Positions 26,283-35,195 of a stretch of 64,000 bases of DNA are shown in pieces. The position numbers were made by a program, and so were the translations under genes. This stretch comes from a virus. A model generated the notes under the pieces. It saw nothing but the letters and a program-made list of their open reading frames with translations, did not search any database and was not told the DNA's origin. Position 1 is the first letter of the stretch. Every line of letters begins with the position of its first letter. The DNA is taken from the IMG/VR virus record IMGVR_UViG_3300030104_003613; one strand, written 5' to 3'.

Positions 26283-26311
26283 ACTATATATGTTTTCTTT
26301 ACATTTGTCAA
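26283..26311 (-). promoter_or_regulatory. sigma70-like promoter for the hli cluster
   Basis: TTGACA-17 nt-TATAGT. Confidence 0.7.
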
Positions 26312-27285
26312 GCTCCTGTGGACGGTTCGGTTATTGCCTCCACCGCATTAAGGGACATTTGACGAAGATCTTCAGGCAGGGGAACGAATCCAAGACTATC
26401 TGATATTGCTTGTGACTCCTCACTCAACACATACCGAAGCATGTCCTTGACACCAGTTCTAGATTCGGGATACGCAAGAATCCATGTCAGAGAGACGATA
26501 GGATAACTGTTGGCACCCCCAGGATTAGCATTAGTCCCACGAAGTTGATCGTCCAGTTTGATTCTCGATAGACCTTCTGAAGAAGTTGTAGCATCTGCGG
26601 TGACAAAATTACCTGCCTTGTTCTGTAGTTTTACTTGAGTGAGTTTGGGATTCCTGGAGTAGTCATAATTCATATATCCAATAGCACCATCCTGTTGTAT
26701 CACCTGTGCGGCGACACCTGCGTTACCCTTGGCACCCACACCAACAGGCCACTTAACTGTTTTAGCCGTACCCAGTTTTTCCTTCCACTCGGAGGAGAAT
26801 GCGGACAGGGAGTTGGTGAATCCCTTGGTGGTTCCTGAACCATCAGCACGATAGACCACCAGGATCTTTTTATCTTCACAACCAAACTCTGACCAATTAT
26901 TAATCTTACCCAGGAAGACATCAACCAGTTGGGTCTGTGTCATCTTGGCATCACATCCTTTATTGTTATACGCGGGAACGATTGCCCCACCGGTCACCGG
27001 GATTTGTACTACAGGAACTTGTGGTCTCATTACCGCAGCATCAGTAGCACCGAAATCAATAGTCTTTGCGTTATATTGTCTTACACCAGCACCACTACCA
27101 ACAGCCTGATAGTTAATTCTATTTCCTGTCGCCTGTGAATATCTACTAAACCATGCCTGATACAGGGCAGCAGGGAATGTGGCACCCGCCCCATTAAGCT
27201 TTACGACATCTGTACTGCCACCTCCACAAGATACCAGGAGAGGTGTAGATATGAGGGCTACAGTAATTGTCTTTAGGTTCATCAT
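26308..27285 (-). CDS. pstS: phosphate ABC transporter substrate-binding lipoprotein
   Basis: Lipobox-like LVSC, GAGATFPA, GSGAG and RADGSGTT motifs. Confidence 0.95.
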   Translation of the reverse strand: MMNLKTITVALISTPLLVSCGGGSTDVVKLNGAGATFPAALYQAWFSRYSQATGNRINYQAVGSGAGVRQYNAKTIDFGATDAAVMRPQVPVVQIPVTGGAIVPAYNNKGCDAKMTQTQLVDVFLGKINNWSEFGCEDKKILVVYRADGSGTTKGFTNSLSAFSSEWKEKLGTAKTVKWPVGVGAKGNAGVAAQVIQQDGAIGYMNYDYSRNPKLTQVKLQNKAGNFVTADATTSSEGLSRIKLDDQLRGTNANPGGANSYPIVSLTWILAYPESRTGVKDMLRYVLSEESQAISDSLGFVPLPEDLRQMSLNAVEAITEPSTGA

Positions 27286-27299
27286 TGTCTATTAGGTAT

Positions 27300-27331
27300 A
27301 AAAAAAGACCCCTGTATTATAACAGGGGTCT
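27300..27331 (-). terminator. terminator of the OMP gene with TATAAT in its loop
   Basis: AGACCCCTGT/ACAGGGGTCT stem followed by a U-tract. Confidence 0.8.
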
Positions 27332-27357
27332 GTGTGTTTGTCTTTAAGACAAGGTTA

Positions 27358-27729
27358 TCAGAAGTTGAACTTCACGCCCAGCTTGGCACCGTAACCACGG
27401 TCGATGTCGGCATCACCGGAACCAAGGAAGGAGACCTCACCATAAGCACCCAGGTTATCGGTCAGACCGAGACCCAGACCTGCCTTACCGGAGGGTACAG
27501 TATCGCTTTCGCCGCCATCAGGAGAGACCACGCTAGCACCACCTTGGACGTAGTAGGAAGCACTGTCACCCAGAGCACCTTCGTAGCCCACGTGCATGTC
27601 AGTGACAGCACCGCCGTACTCACTGCCGGTCCAACCAGCATTGGTTTCCACGTTTACATAGGGACCAGCGACAGCAGCGCCAGCAGAGACGGTCAGAGCA
27701 GCAGCTGCTGCGAATACAGATTTGAACAT
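27358..27729 (-). CDS. small outer-membrane beta-barrel protein
   Basis: Signal peptide, alternating amphipathic strands and a C-terminal Phe (GVKFNF). Confidence 0.8.
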   Translation of the reverse strand: MFKSVFAAAAALTVSAGAAVAGPYVNVETNAGWTGSEYGGAVTDMHVGYEGALGDSASYYVQGGASVVSPDGGESDTVPSGKAGLGLGLTDNLGAYGEVSFLGSGDADIDRGYGAKLGVKFNF

Positions 27730-27844
27730 TAGTTTTTACCTCGTTTGTTTACTTGCGGAATGGTTACCCGCAGATGAAAGGAGAATCGACACCCTCCGTT
27801 TGTAACCTTTTATTACTGAAATTACTGTCAGACAAAAGGTTAAG

Positions 27845-27852
27845 TATTTATA
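27845..27852 (-). promoter_or_regulatory. late promoter TATAAATA
   Basis: Exact match upstream of the OMP leader. Confidence 0.7.
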
Positions 27853-27874
27853 CTAGCAGGGTTGTTCGGTTTTG

Positions 27875-28669
27875 TCAACCCTGGTGTTGAGTTGCTGATG
27901 ATTCGGAAACTCGACCCAAGTATGGGTCATAATCCATCAGTTCATCAATCGACATTGAAGCACCTCTCTGTGACCAGAAGTTAAATTGTGCCTCATAGTT
28001 TCCTTTATGGAATACATCGATGTGTTCTGGATGGATTGAAGATCCTAACTCAATCTTATACAGAAGTAAAGGAAGAGCATAGGTGTTGCCTGAATTATAA
28101 AGGAGGTCATCAGCAACAGGACGGGGACGGACACCATTGTCTAGTTTATACTTGTCTCCACGAACATGAAGTTTAAGCATCTTCTCGGCATGGTGTCTGG
28201 TGATAAGATAACAAGCGGTAGAGAATTCGTTTACGAATCGTTTGTGAATCTTGATTTGTATATCACCCGTACAAATAATAGCAATTTGACAGACATCCCA
28301 ATCGTAAGGAAGTTTACAGTAAAAGTCCCTCCATGTAAAGTTCCAGAAACGAACGAGATCAAGATTACAATCGTCCTCCATCATAATAGCATACGGTTCT
28401 CCGCTTTCGTAGAACTGTTTGATTGCCTTAAGATGTGAGGTTGTACAACCGATCTCGCTTGAAGTCATCATATCAGGGTATCTGCCCTTAATGATGCTCC
28501 CTAGGTCATCTTCTCGACCGTCATACGCGGACACACGGGTGTAGTTCTCAATCTCCCAATACTTGAACTGTTCTTCCATATAGTTCCATCGCTCTGGTTG
28601 ATCATCCAGATTGATACAATAGATAGGACCAATTCCTTTAAGTTTATGAACTGCTTTGTTTCTATCCAT
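27875..28669 (-). CDS. glycosyltransferase family 25
   Basis: YCINLD...ER, EIGCTTSH and MEDD motifs. Confidence 0.85.
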   Translation of the reverse strand: MDRNKAVHKLKGIGPIYCINLDDQPERWNYMEEQFKYWEIENYTRVSAYDGREDDLGSIIKGRYPDMMTSSEIGCTTSHLKAIKQFYESGEPYAIMMEDDCNLDLVRFWNFTWRDFYCKLPYDWDVCQIAIICTGDIQIKIHKRFVNEFSTACYLITRHHAEKMLKLHVRGDKYKLDNGVRPRPVADDLLYNSGNTYALPLLLYKIELGSSIHPEHIDVFHKGNYEAQFNFWSQRGASMSIDELMDYDPYLGRVSESSATQHQG

Positions 28670-29462
28670 TGATAATCTCCCAGTGCTCGGGGTATAAGTC
28701 TTTTGTGTCCAAGTGTTGATTGTTAGGTCCGAACCATCGGGAAGGTGCGACGACTCGACCTTTATTTGCTAACCATGCTCCCCACCAACTGTAGGTGCTG
28801 TTAGCGATAATGAAGTCAGAACAGAGTGTCATCAAACATAGATCAATGTAACTACTGTTGCCAGTAGCAATCAAAAATCTATCCTCATCAAACAACTCTT
28901 GCTTCTTACACCATTGAGGATCATCGGAGAAGATCGCAACCTCCCTATTATTAGGAAACATATCAAGTGCTCTTCGATAATAATCAATATCTAGATTGTG
29001 ATGATTGCCTGAATTCTTCAGGAAGTCACCTCGCCTAATGTGTAGACCGATTGGGGCATTTACACCGCTAATCATCTCTCTACATGGTTCTAGAATATCA
29101 TCCTTAAATGTAAAGTCTTCACGAATTTCATCAGCAATATTATTGAAATACTTCTCGGTCTGAAAGTATCCAACAAGACTTACATCATCAGGACAGTTAT
29201 CATAAAACTCTTGCGAAAAAGTAAATCCAGGTTCTTGAACATACTGTTCTTCTACACCATCTCTGAACTCACAGTTCTTTAAGGTGAATGGTTTATCAAT
29301 TTCAATCCTTAATTTATTACCAAGGATGTCTACAAACATTTTATCATGATCTGGAATACAGAATTCATATCCTTTATTAGCAGCGATGCCTCTCAAGGAG
29401 GCATACTGAAACATTTGATTACCAAGTTGTCCTAGTTTACCTAGATGATTAAATCCCAGCAT
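28662..29462 (-). CDS. GT11 alpha-1,2-fucosyltransferase-like protein
   Basis: GQLGNQMFQYA, GYFQTEKYF, HIRRGDF and NSTYSWWGAWL motifs. Confidence 0.9.
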   Translation of the reverse strand: MLGFNHLGKLGQLGNQMFQYASLRGIAANKGYEFCIPDHDKMFVDILGNKLRIEIDKPFTLKNCEFRDGVEEQYVQEPGFTFSQEFYDNCPDDVSLVGYFQTEKYFNNIADEIREDFTFKDDILEPCREMISGVNAPIGLHIRRGDFLKNSGNHHNLDIDYYRRALDMFPNNREVAIFSDDPQWCKKQELFDEDRFLIATGNSSYIDLCLMTLCSDFIIANSTYSWWGAWLANKGRVVAPSRWFGPNNQHLDTKDLYPEHWEIING

Positions 29463-29718
29463 GTTTTTCTAACTTTTGAATAGTTTTCTGTGCCCAGATC
29501 ATTTCGGTTTGAAGACGATTGATCTTATCATCATGCGACTTCAACCAATCATAATGTAATGAGTCATTGTTAAATTCATGATCATCATGAACGGTTGAGG
29601 CATCAGCCCCGTATCGTTCCGCTGCCCAGGCAGGGGGTGTAGAGGTCTTCCAAGGATAAAGTTTATACTCTAAATCAGCAACCCAACACCACAATGTGAC
29701 ACGAAGTTCTTTAAGCAT
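29449..29718 (-). CDS. hypothetical protein
   Basis: ORF within the sugar operon. Confidence 0.6.
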   Translation of the reverse strand: MLKELRVTLWCWVADLEYKLYPWKTSTPPAWAAERYGADASTVHDDHEFNNDSLHYDWLKSHDDKINRLQTEMIWAQKTIQKLEKHAGI

Positions 29719-30604
29719 TCGCTTTCACCCATTCTTCCAAATCAACCTGTGGTTCCCAACCAAAAGTTTCTTTGATTCTACCAATGTGAGCAAGACTAAC
29801 TCTTACTTCACCTTTACGAGGATCAATATACTCTTGCTTGTCGGATATCCATCCAGCAATTTCATTCACTGAATAGTTCTTACCCGAACCTACATTATAA
29901 ACCTTTCCATAGGATTTGTCATCCACTGCCATGGTGGCAGCAGCGATGTTAGCACGAACCACATCAGAGACGTGAATAAAGTCTCTACGCTGCTCACCAT
30001 CACCAACGATAGTGAGTGCCTCTCCTGCTGCCTTCTGACGATAGAAGATGCCAATCACAGGGGCATACTGTCCTTTTCTAGGTGCTCTATCACCATACAC
30101 ATTAAAGTATCTAAATGTGATAGTCTTTAATCCGAAGAGTTCAGTATACATCTGACACAGTTTCTCACCAGCAACCTTAGTTACTGAATATGGATTCAGA
30201 CAGTCATCTGGTTGTGTTTCAATATTGGGGAATGGATTGTTCCCATACCCCGATGAGGTGGACGAGTAGATTACTTTCTTGACTCCACCCTCTCTGGCAC
30301 ACTGAAGCACCGTACAGGTGCCTTGTACGTTCTTCTGGACGGCAGCGATGGGATTCTCAATGGCAGGTCCAATCCTTGATTCAGCAGCAAGGTGAAAGAC
30401 TACATCTGTGTTTGAATAAAAGACACGGGTTCTTTGGTAGTTGCTGATGTCTTGCTTGGCATACACTGCTTTCTCATTCTGATGAAACCGTTCAGAGTCC
30501 GCAGTTCTATCATCGAGAACACACACCTCATGTCCTTGTTTAATTAATTCATCTACAAGGTGAGAACCAATAAAACCTGATCCTCCTGTCACCAGTGCTC
30601 TCAT
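29711..30604 (-). CDS. NAD-dependent nucleotide-sugar epimerase
   Basis: GGSGFIG, YSVTK and RYFNVYG motifs. Confidence 0.9.
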   Translation of the reverse strand: MRALVTGGSGFIGSHLVDELIKQGHEVCVLDDRTADSERFHQNEKAVYAKQDISNYQRTRVFYSNTDVVFHLAAESRIGPAIENPIAAVQKNVQGTCTVLQCAREGGVKKVIYSSTSSGYGNNPFPNIETQPDDCLNPYSVTKVAGEKLCQMYTELFGLKTITFRYFNVYGDRAPRKGQYAPVIGIFYRQKAAGEALTIVGDGEQRRDFIHVSDVVRANIAAATMAVDDKSYGKVYNVGSGKNYSVNEIAGWISDKQEYIDPRKGEVRVSLAHIGRIKETFGWEPQVDLEEWVKANA

Positions 30605-31335
30605 AATCTGTTGCTCCTAATAACTGAATTTGCGATACTTGCTTTAAGTTTAGTTGTTGAGTACCCATGATCTCTTGGAATCCAAACGATAGGTATTCCT
30701 AATCCTTTACCTGTATAAGATCCATCGCTGTAATCATCTCCAAGGAAACGAATATCATAATCCTCAAGATAACTCAAGTAAGTATCTTCTGCTTGATATA
30801 CAACAATGTCATCCACATGTTTAATGGATCGTAGAATCTCTTTCCTGTCCTCCAATGATTGGACTGGTTTCAATTTATATGGTCTTGCCATTGATGGATT
30901 CTCATGGAGAGCAATTGTAAGATGATTACAATACTCTTTAGCATACTTAAACATCCTGACATATCCAGGATGGATAAGATCAAATGCCCCCGCAACAATA
31001 CCTTTTTTCAATGGTTGTGTTTTGATCCAGTCCTCTGCATTGACTCCTTTGTCGTCAATGAAGATATCTGCGTTGGGTTTGTGGAACATTGGTTCCAACT
31101 CATTATATTTAACACCCCATTCAGATAACAATTTCTTGGTGGTATCAGTCCAATCAACACCAGATCCCCTGCCTCTGGCAGTCATAATGATAATATAATT
31201 CCCTTCATCGTAAAGACGATTCACTGTCTCTACCATAAGGGGAATAGGAGTTGATTCCGCATACCTACGACCATGACCATCTGGATTACTAGGTGTATTA
31301 CAGATGGTCTCGTCTAGGTCGAAGCAATATCTCAT
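30601..31335 (-). CDS. HAD phosphatase / cytidylyltransferase-family fusion
   Basis: FDLDETI...KP...IDDK HAD domain followed by GAFDLIHPG...GYSTT nucleotidyltransferase domain. Confidence 0.8.
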   Translation of the reverse strand: MRYCFDLDETICNTPSNPDGHGRRYAESTPIPLMVETVNRLYDEGNYIIIMTARGRGSGVDWTDTTKKLLSEWGVKYNELEPMFHKPNADIFIDDKGVNAEDWIKTQPLKKGIVAGAFDLIHPGYVRMFKYAKEYCNHLTIALHENPSMARPYKLKPVQSLEDRKEILRSIKHVDDIVVYQAEDTYLSYLEDYDIRFLGDDYSDGSYTGKGLGIPIVWIPRDHGYSTTKLKASIANSVIRSNRL

Positions 31336-31835
31336 ATGACTCCATGAAGGAAAATCTGATGAACACACTCTACCACACCATATGACTCACTGGCAACATG
31401 AAAGTTCCACTTTGCGTATTGGGCATCACGCCTCATTCTATTATGTTCGCTGAATCCTGTCAGGATACCATAGTCAACTCCATATTTCTCACAATACTCC
31501 ATACAATTAACCATATTAGGAGACTCTCCACTTGAACTCATTAAGATAACAAGTGTTTGTGGTTCTAGATGATACTCTAAAAACTTGACATATGCTTTCT
31601 CATATCCAAAATCATTAGCAAGCATTGTCAACATAGAAGGGTCTGAAAATATAGAGACCTTCTTGTGGTGAAACTTCATGTAATCCTGTGAGATATGGGA
31701 AGCAACAGAGTTGCTGCCACCATTACCTAGGATAATAATTCTTTCATGTGTATTAAAATGGTTTTGAAACTTGGCGAACTCATCTCCTATGTGAGCAGTC
31801 TCCAGAGTTTCGATGTATCTATTAAATGGATTCAC
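31332..31835 (-). CDS. gmhA: phosphoheptose isomerase (SIS domain)
   Basis: GNGGS, ANDFGY and SSSGESPN motifs; GTG start. Confidence 0.8.
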   Translation of the reverse strand: MNPFNRYIETLETAHIGDEFAKFQNHFNTHERIIILGNGGSNSVASHISQDYMKFHHKKVSIFSDPSMLTMLANDFGYEKAYVKFLEYHLEPQTLVILMSSSGESPNMVNCMEYCEKYGVDYGILTGFSEHNRMRRDAQYAKWNFHVASESYGVVECVHQIFLHGVI

Positions 31836-32769
31836 CCTTAACTCCTTCTGGTGATACTGTAATCTTAACAGAATCATATGAGACAGTCAAACTATCACGT
31901 TTAGAAAACGTTAAGAAGAATCCACCATTGCCTGCTCCACATAGTTTGTGTGAGATAACACTTGGATTCTTTTGTAGATCTTTATCTATCTGACGGATCT
32001 TTAAGTTCTCTGTAATAGTTTTGCTTGTCTCTTTTTTCTGTTCCCAGGAGAGATTAAGTTCTTCCATGAATTTCAAGGTCTCTCCATCCTTGATAAAATC
32101 ATATGCCCTATGAACTGTAGAGATCAAAGGTGAGATCTTGTCTATGTTTTTGCTGACATCTTTGAGGATTGTTTTTGAGTTTCGCGTGACGCCGGTAAAT
32201 ACAAGATGAAGATCATAAGAATCAAATAAATCAACAGGAAGAAACTCATACTTAATAGTGTTAGAGTCCATAAACTCAATCCTTTTGAAACCTCCCACAC
32301 CGCACCCATATGGGTCTTGATACCCACAGTAAGGATTGAAAGAAACTTCCAGTTCATATGCTAACCTACAAATGTCATTGTCAGACATCTTCCTATTTAA
32401 GAAGATAGAACATGCTTTGATCAAACTAATAATGTAAGAAGATGATGAAGCAAGTCCACTGCCTTGAGAAAACGCATCACTAGCAAGAGTTACCTGTACT
32501 GGTGGCATGTCGAAGTATTCTAACACCACACGAACAGGATCATTCTTAATCTGACTGATGTATTCTACCTCTTCTCTCTTGGAATAGTTGATGATGTACT
32601 TGTGTTTTACCTTGTTAAAACCAAACTTATCTTGATTGATAGTCACATATGTTTTGAGATTAGATGTAAAACTAATTACAGTTCCATACCCGAATGCACG
32701 AACAAAGTTCGGGTTGTCAGTAGACCCCCCGAACAATGATACTCTTAATGGACAACTAGCGATGATCAT
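31822..32769 (-). CDS. GHMP heptose-7-phosphate kinase (HddA-like)
   Basis: PLRVSLFGGSTD, GSGLASSS, GYQD and KLCGAGNGGF motifs. Confidence 0.85.
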   Translation of the reverse strand: MIIASCPLRVSLFGGSTDNPNFVRAFGYGTVISFTSNLKTYVTINQDKFGFNKVKHKYIINYSKREEVEYISQIKNDPVRVVLEYFDMPPVQVTLASDAFSQGSGLASSSSYIISLIKACSIFLNRKMSDNDICRLAYELEVSFNPYCGYQDPYGCGVGGFKRIEFMDSNTIKYEFLPVDLFDSYDLHLVFTGVTRNSKTILKDVSKNIDKISPLISTVHRAYDFIKDGETLKFMEELNLSWEQKKETSKTITENLKIRQIDKDLQKNPSVISHKLCGAGNGGFFLTFSKRDSLTVSYDSVKITVSPEGVKGESI

Positions 32770-33440
32770 TTGATCTTAAGTGGTAGGAAAAACTGATTCT
32801 GTACCATACATTCAACAGTCTGTTGTTCAGATAGAGGACTATAAGTCACTGTCTGATTGCCACCAGAACTTGTCTGGTAGAAGTATGGATCATCAAAAGC
32901 ATACACATTGTGCCAGCGTTGAATCTCTGCGAATCCAATGTCAGGATGGTCTTCAATTACATAACCAGCATGAAGACAGACTCTTCTCGCTAAATCAATA
33001 TACCTTTGCCGAAGATACATTATAGCATGTCCACCTAGCATATTGTAAACTTGTAACATACCAGGGTTAACAACGTCCCACTGAACAAAAGGTCCAGAGT
33101 GACCATTCATTCTACCCCAACCAGAGATGCCAAGATAGAAAGCATCAGTGTTCTCTGGTATCTCAATGATAGGATCCCATCTCTTTACCTCAATATCGTC
33201 TTCGATAACCACAAAAGGTGTGCCTAGGGGTGATACGATAGGGTTGATGGCAGTTTCGATTGCTTCCAACATAGAGCGAGCAGTGCCTGCTTGCCCCACA
33301 GAGTGACGGGTGGCATTGATTCTTTTGAAGTTCTTGATCTCAAGATCCTCAAGAATCTTTTTCATCTTTTGATTTCTTTCTGTCGCATCATCTAGGTTGA
33401 TGTAAAAGAAAGGGATCTCCCTAAGATCGTAACGCCGCAT
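32766..33440 (-). CDS. glycosyltransferase (GT25-like)
   Basis: YINLDDATER and IEDD motifs. Confidence 0.65.
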   Translation of the reverse strand: MRRYDLREIPFFYINLDDATERNQKMKKILEDLEIKNFKRINATRHSVGQAGTARSMLEAIETAINPIVSPLGTPFVVIEDDIEVKRWDPIIEIPENTDAFYLGISGWGRMNGHSGPFVQWDVVNPGMLQVYNMLGGHAIMYLRQRYIDLARRVCLHAGYVIEDHPDIGFAEIQRWHNVYAFDDPYFYQTSSGGNQTVTYSPLSEQQTVECMVQNQFFLPLKIK

Positions 33441-34122
33441 GATTCTTCTTCAGAGCAATGATTTTACCAGGTTGAAAGGGATAGTCTGTCCCGATGAACT
33501 CTTCAGCATAACAATATGTGGGGTCCAAATCAAGTGTAGGTGGATTTTGAATCAGATAGCGATTCATATGTGATTCATCATGCCACACTGCGACAATATT
33601 GTTCTTCAGATCTTCGTTCACATTCTCTGCGATAGTCTCCGCCATCTTCATAAAGACTTCAGTCTTACCACCATTGAATCCACCAGCATAGTAGGTGACA
33701 GTCTTCTCGTCTGGTGAGACGAAAGCACGACTAGCAGGATTACGATCAAAGGTCTGTTGAGCAGGAGATGCCATGGATTGATATCCATGTCTAGTAGCAA
33801 CTAGATCACCACAGACTTCTTCTGCTGTCACAACACCATCAATACGCATGTCAGCATCAAAATAGAAGCAGTAATCATGCTCCAAGATGAAGTCTTTCTC
33901 CTTCATGAAATAATTATATCTCTTCAGAGTGGGCATCGGCCATGGTTCATGGTCAATATAATGAACTCTTACGTTATCTCCTGTCTCCTCAATCTCATGA
34001 TCAGTGAACAGAAGACAACTGATTTCAGCACCGGGACAGAACTTCTCCGACAAGTCCTCGTATAGTTTCTCTACGAACTGAAGATATTTGTTCGTAGCAA
34101 TTGTTAAGATACAGATTTTCAT
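33421..34122 (-). CDS. glycosyltransferase family 6 (ABO-like)
   Basis: IATNKY, YYAGGFNGG and AVWHDESHMNRY motifs. Confidence 0.9.
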   Translation of the reverse strand: MKICILTIATNKYLQFVEKLYEDLSEKFCPGAEISCLLFTDHEIEETGDNVRVHYIDHEPWPMPTLKRYNYFMKEKDFILEHDYCFYFDADMRIDGVVTAEEVCGDLVATRHGYQSMASPAQQTFDRNPASRAFVSPDEKTVTYYAGGFNGGKTEVFMKMAETIAENVNEDLKNNIVAVWHDESHMNRYLIQNPPTLDLDPTYCYAEEFIGTDYPFQPGKIIALKKNHAALRS

Positions 34123-35195
34123 GACACCGCCTCTTCAAAAAGTTTTACATATTCATCCATTATAGCATTCATCGAATAAAACTCATCATACCTTTTCTTT
34201 GCTTCTTTAGAGAACTCATCATACTTATCTCTATCTTCCATAAACATTTTCATAATAGCAGCATACTGCTCCACTGTGTCAACACAGGCACCTGCCAATC
34301 CAACCTGCTCTGCCTGTCCCATGCTGGGGGCAGTATGAGTGATTACAGGTAGACTGTGAGACATTGCTTCAATGATAGCACTAGAACATTGTTCTCCATC
34401 AGATCTACCATGAGCATAGACAGTCAGTGTATTCAAGAACTTATGAATGGCATCTACATCTGATGTAGACGGACAGAACAAAGCGTTCTTAATTCCAAGG
34501 TCAAATGCCTGCTTCTCATACTTGACACTACCACCAAGCATTAAGAACATGGTATCATCGTTTTCAATTTTACTATATGCCTCAAGAGGAATAGGTGAGA
34601 AGATGTGATCATTGTCTCTCTGGTGCATACCAAAGATATGTTTCTGATCAAAAGGTAGTTTACCTTCTACTTCTGGCACAACAACAGTAGGTGGAATGAC
34701 CATAGATCTATCCGCTGGTCCACCAGCAGCGATCCATTTATCTCTCTGATCCTGACACATCAATACAGTCTTGTAAGTATTAGGTTTGTCTTCTGCCATT
34801 CCAGATAGGTGAATAGTATCGATGATAGGAGTCTTGCGAATCATATGGAATGGATACTCTGGATGCCCAGACCTACCACTCACAACCAGATCATAGTTTT
34901 TCTCATCAAAGAGATCCCAGAAGTCTGTGCCAACCCAGTCGTGGGTGCCAACTGTGACGTTCTTGAATAGGACTTTGACTGGAATACAATTTACACCATG
35001 ACTTTCACAAAACTCAACCCTACTGGGATCAGTATCTTTATGCTGATGACTTGATCCAATATAGGGTGCTCCAGGTGTGTAAAAATAATCAACTTGAAAC
35101 TTTGTCTTGTCGAGATAAGAGGCAATAGTTTGGAGGAACTTCTCTGTTCCTCCGTTTGCCATTCCACCAAACTTAACGAATGCTACCTTAATCAT
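34119..35195 (-). CDS. GT-B glycosyltransferase (GT4-like)
   Basis: GGTEK and GEQCSSAIIEAMSHSLPVI (Ex7E) motifs. Confidence 0.8.
   Translation of the reverse strand: MIKVAFVKFGGMANGGTEKFLQTIASYLDKTKFQVDYFYTPGAPYIGSSHQHKDTDPSRVEFCESHGVNCIPVKVLFKNVTVGTHDWVGTDFWDLFDEKNYDLVVSGRSGHPEYPFHMIRKTPIIDTIHLSGMAEDKPNTYKTVLMCQDQRDKWIAAGGPADRSMVIPPTVVVPEVEGKLPFDQKHIFGMHQRDNDHIFSPIPLEAYSKIENDDTMFLMLGGSVKYEKQAFDLGIKNALFCPSTSDVDAIHKFLNTLTVYAHGRSDGEQCSSAIIEAMSHSLPVITHTAPSMGQAEQVGLAGACVDTVEQYAAIMKMFMEDRDKYDEFSKEAKKRYDEFYSMNAIMDEYVKLFEEAVS

Noticed and set aside
27334-27732. + strand 132-aa ORF opposite the OMP gene
   Set aside because: Antisense shadow caused by the biased codon usage of the real gene
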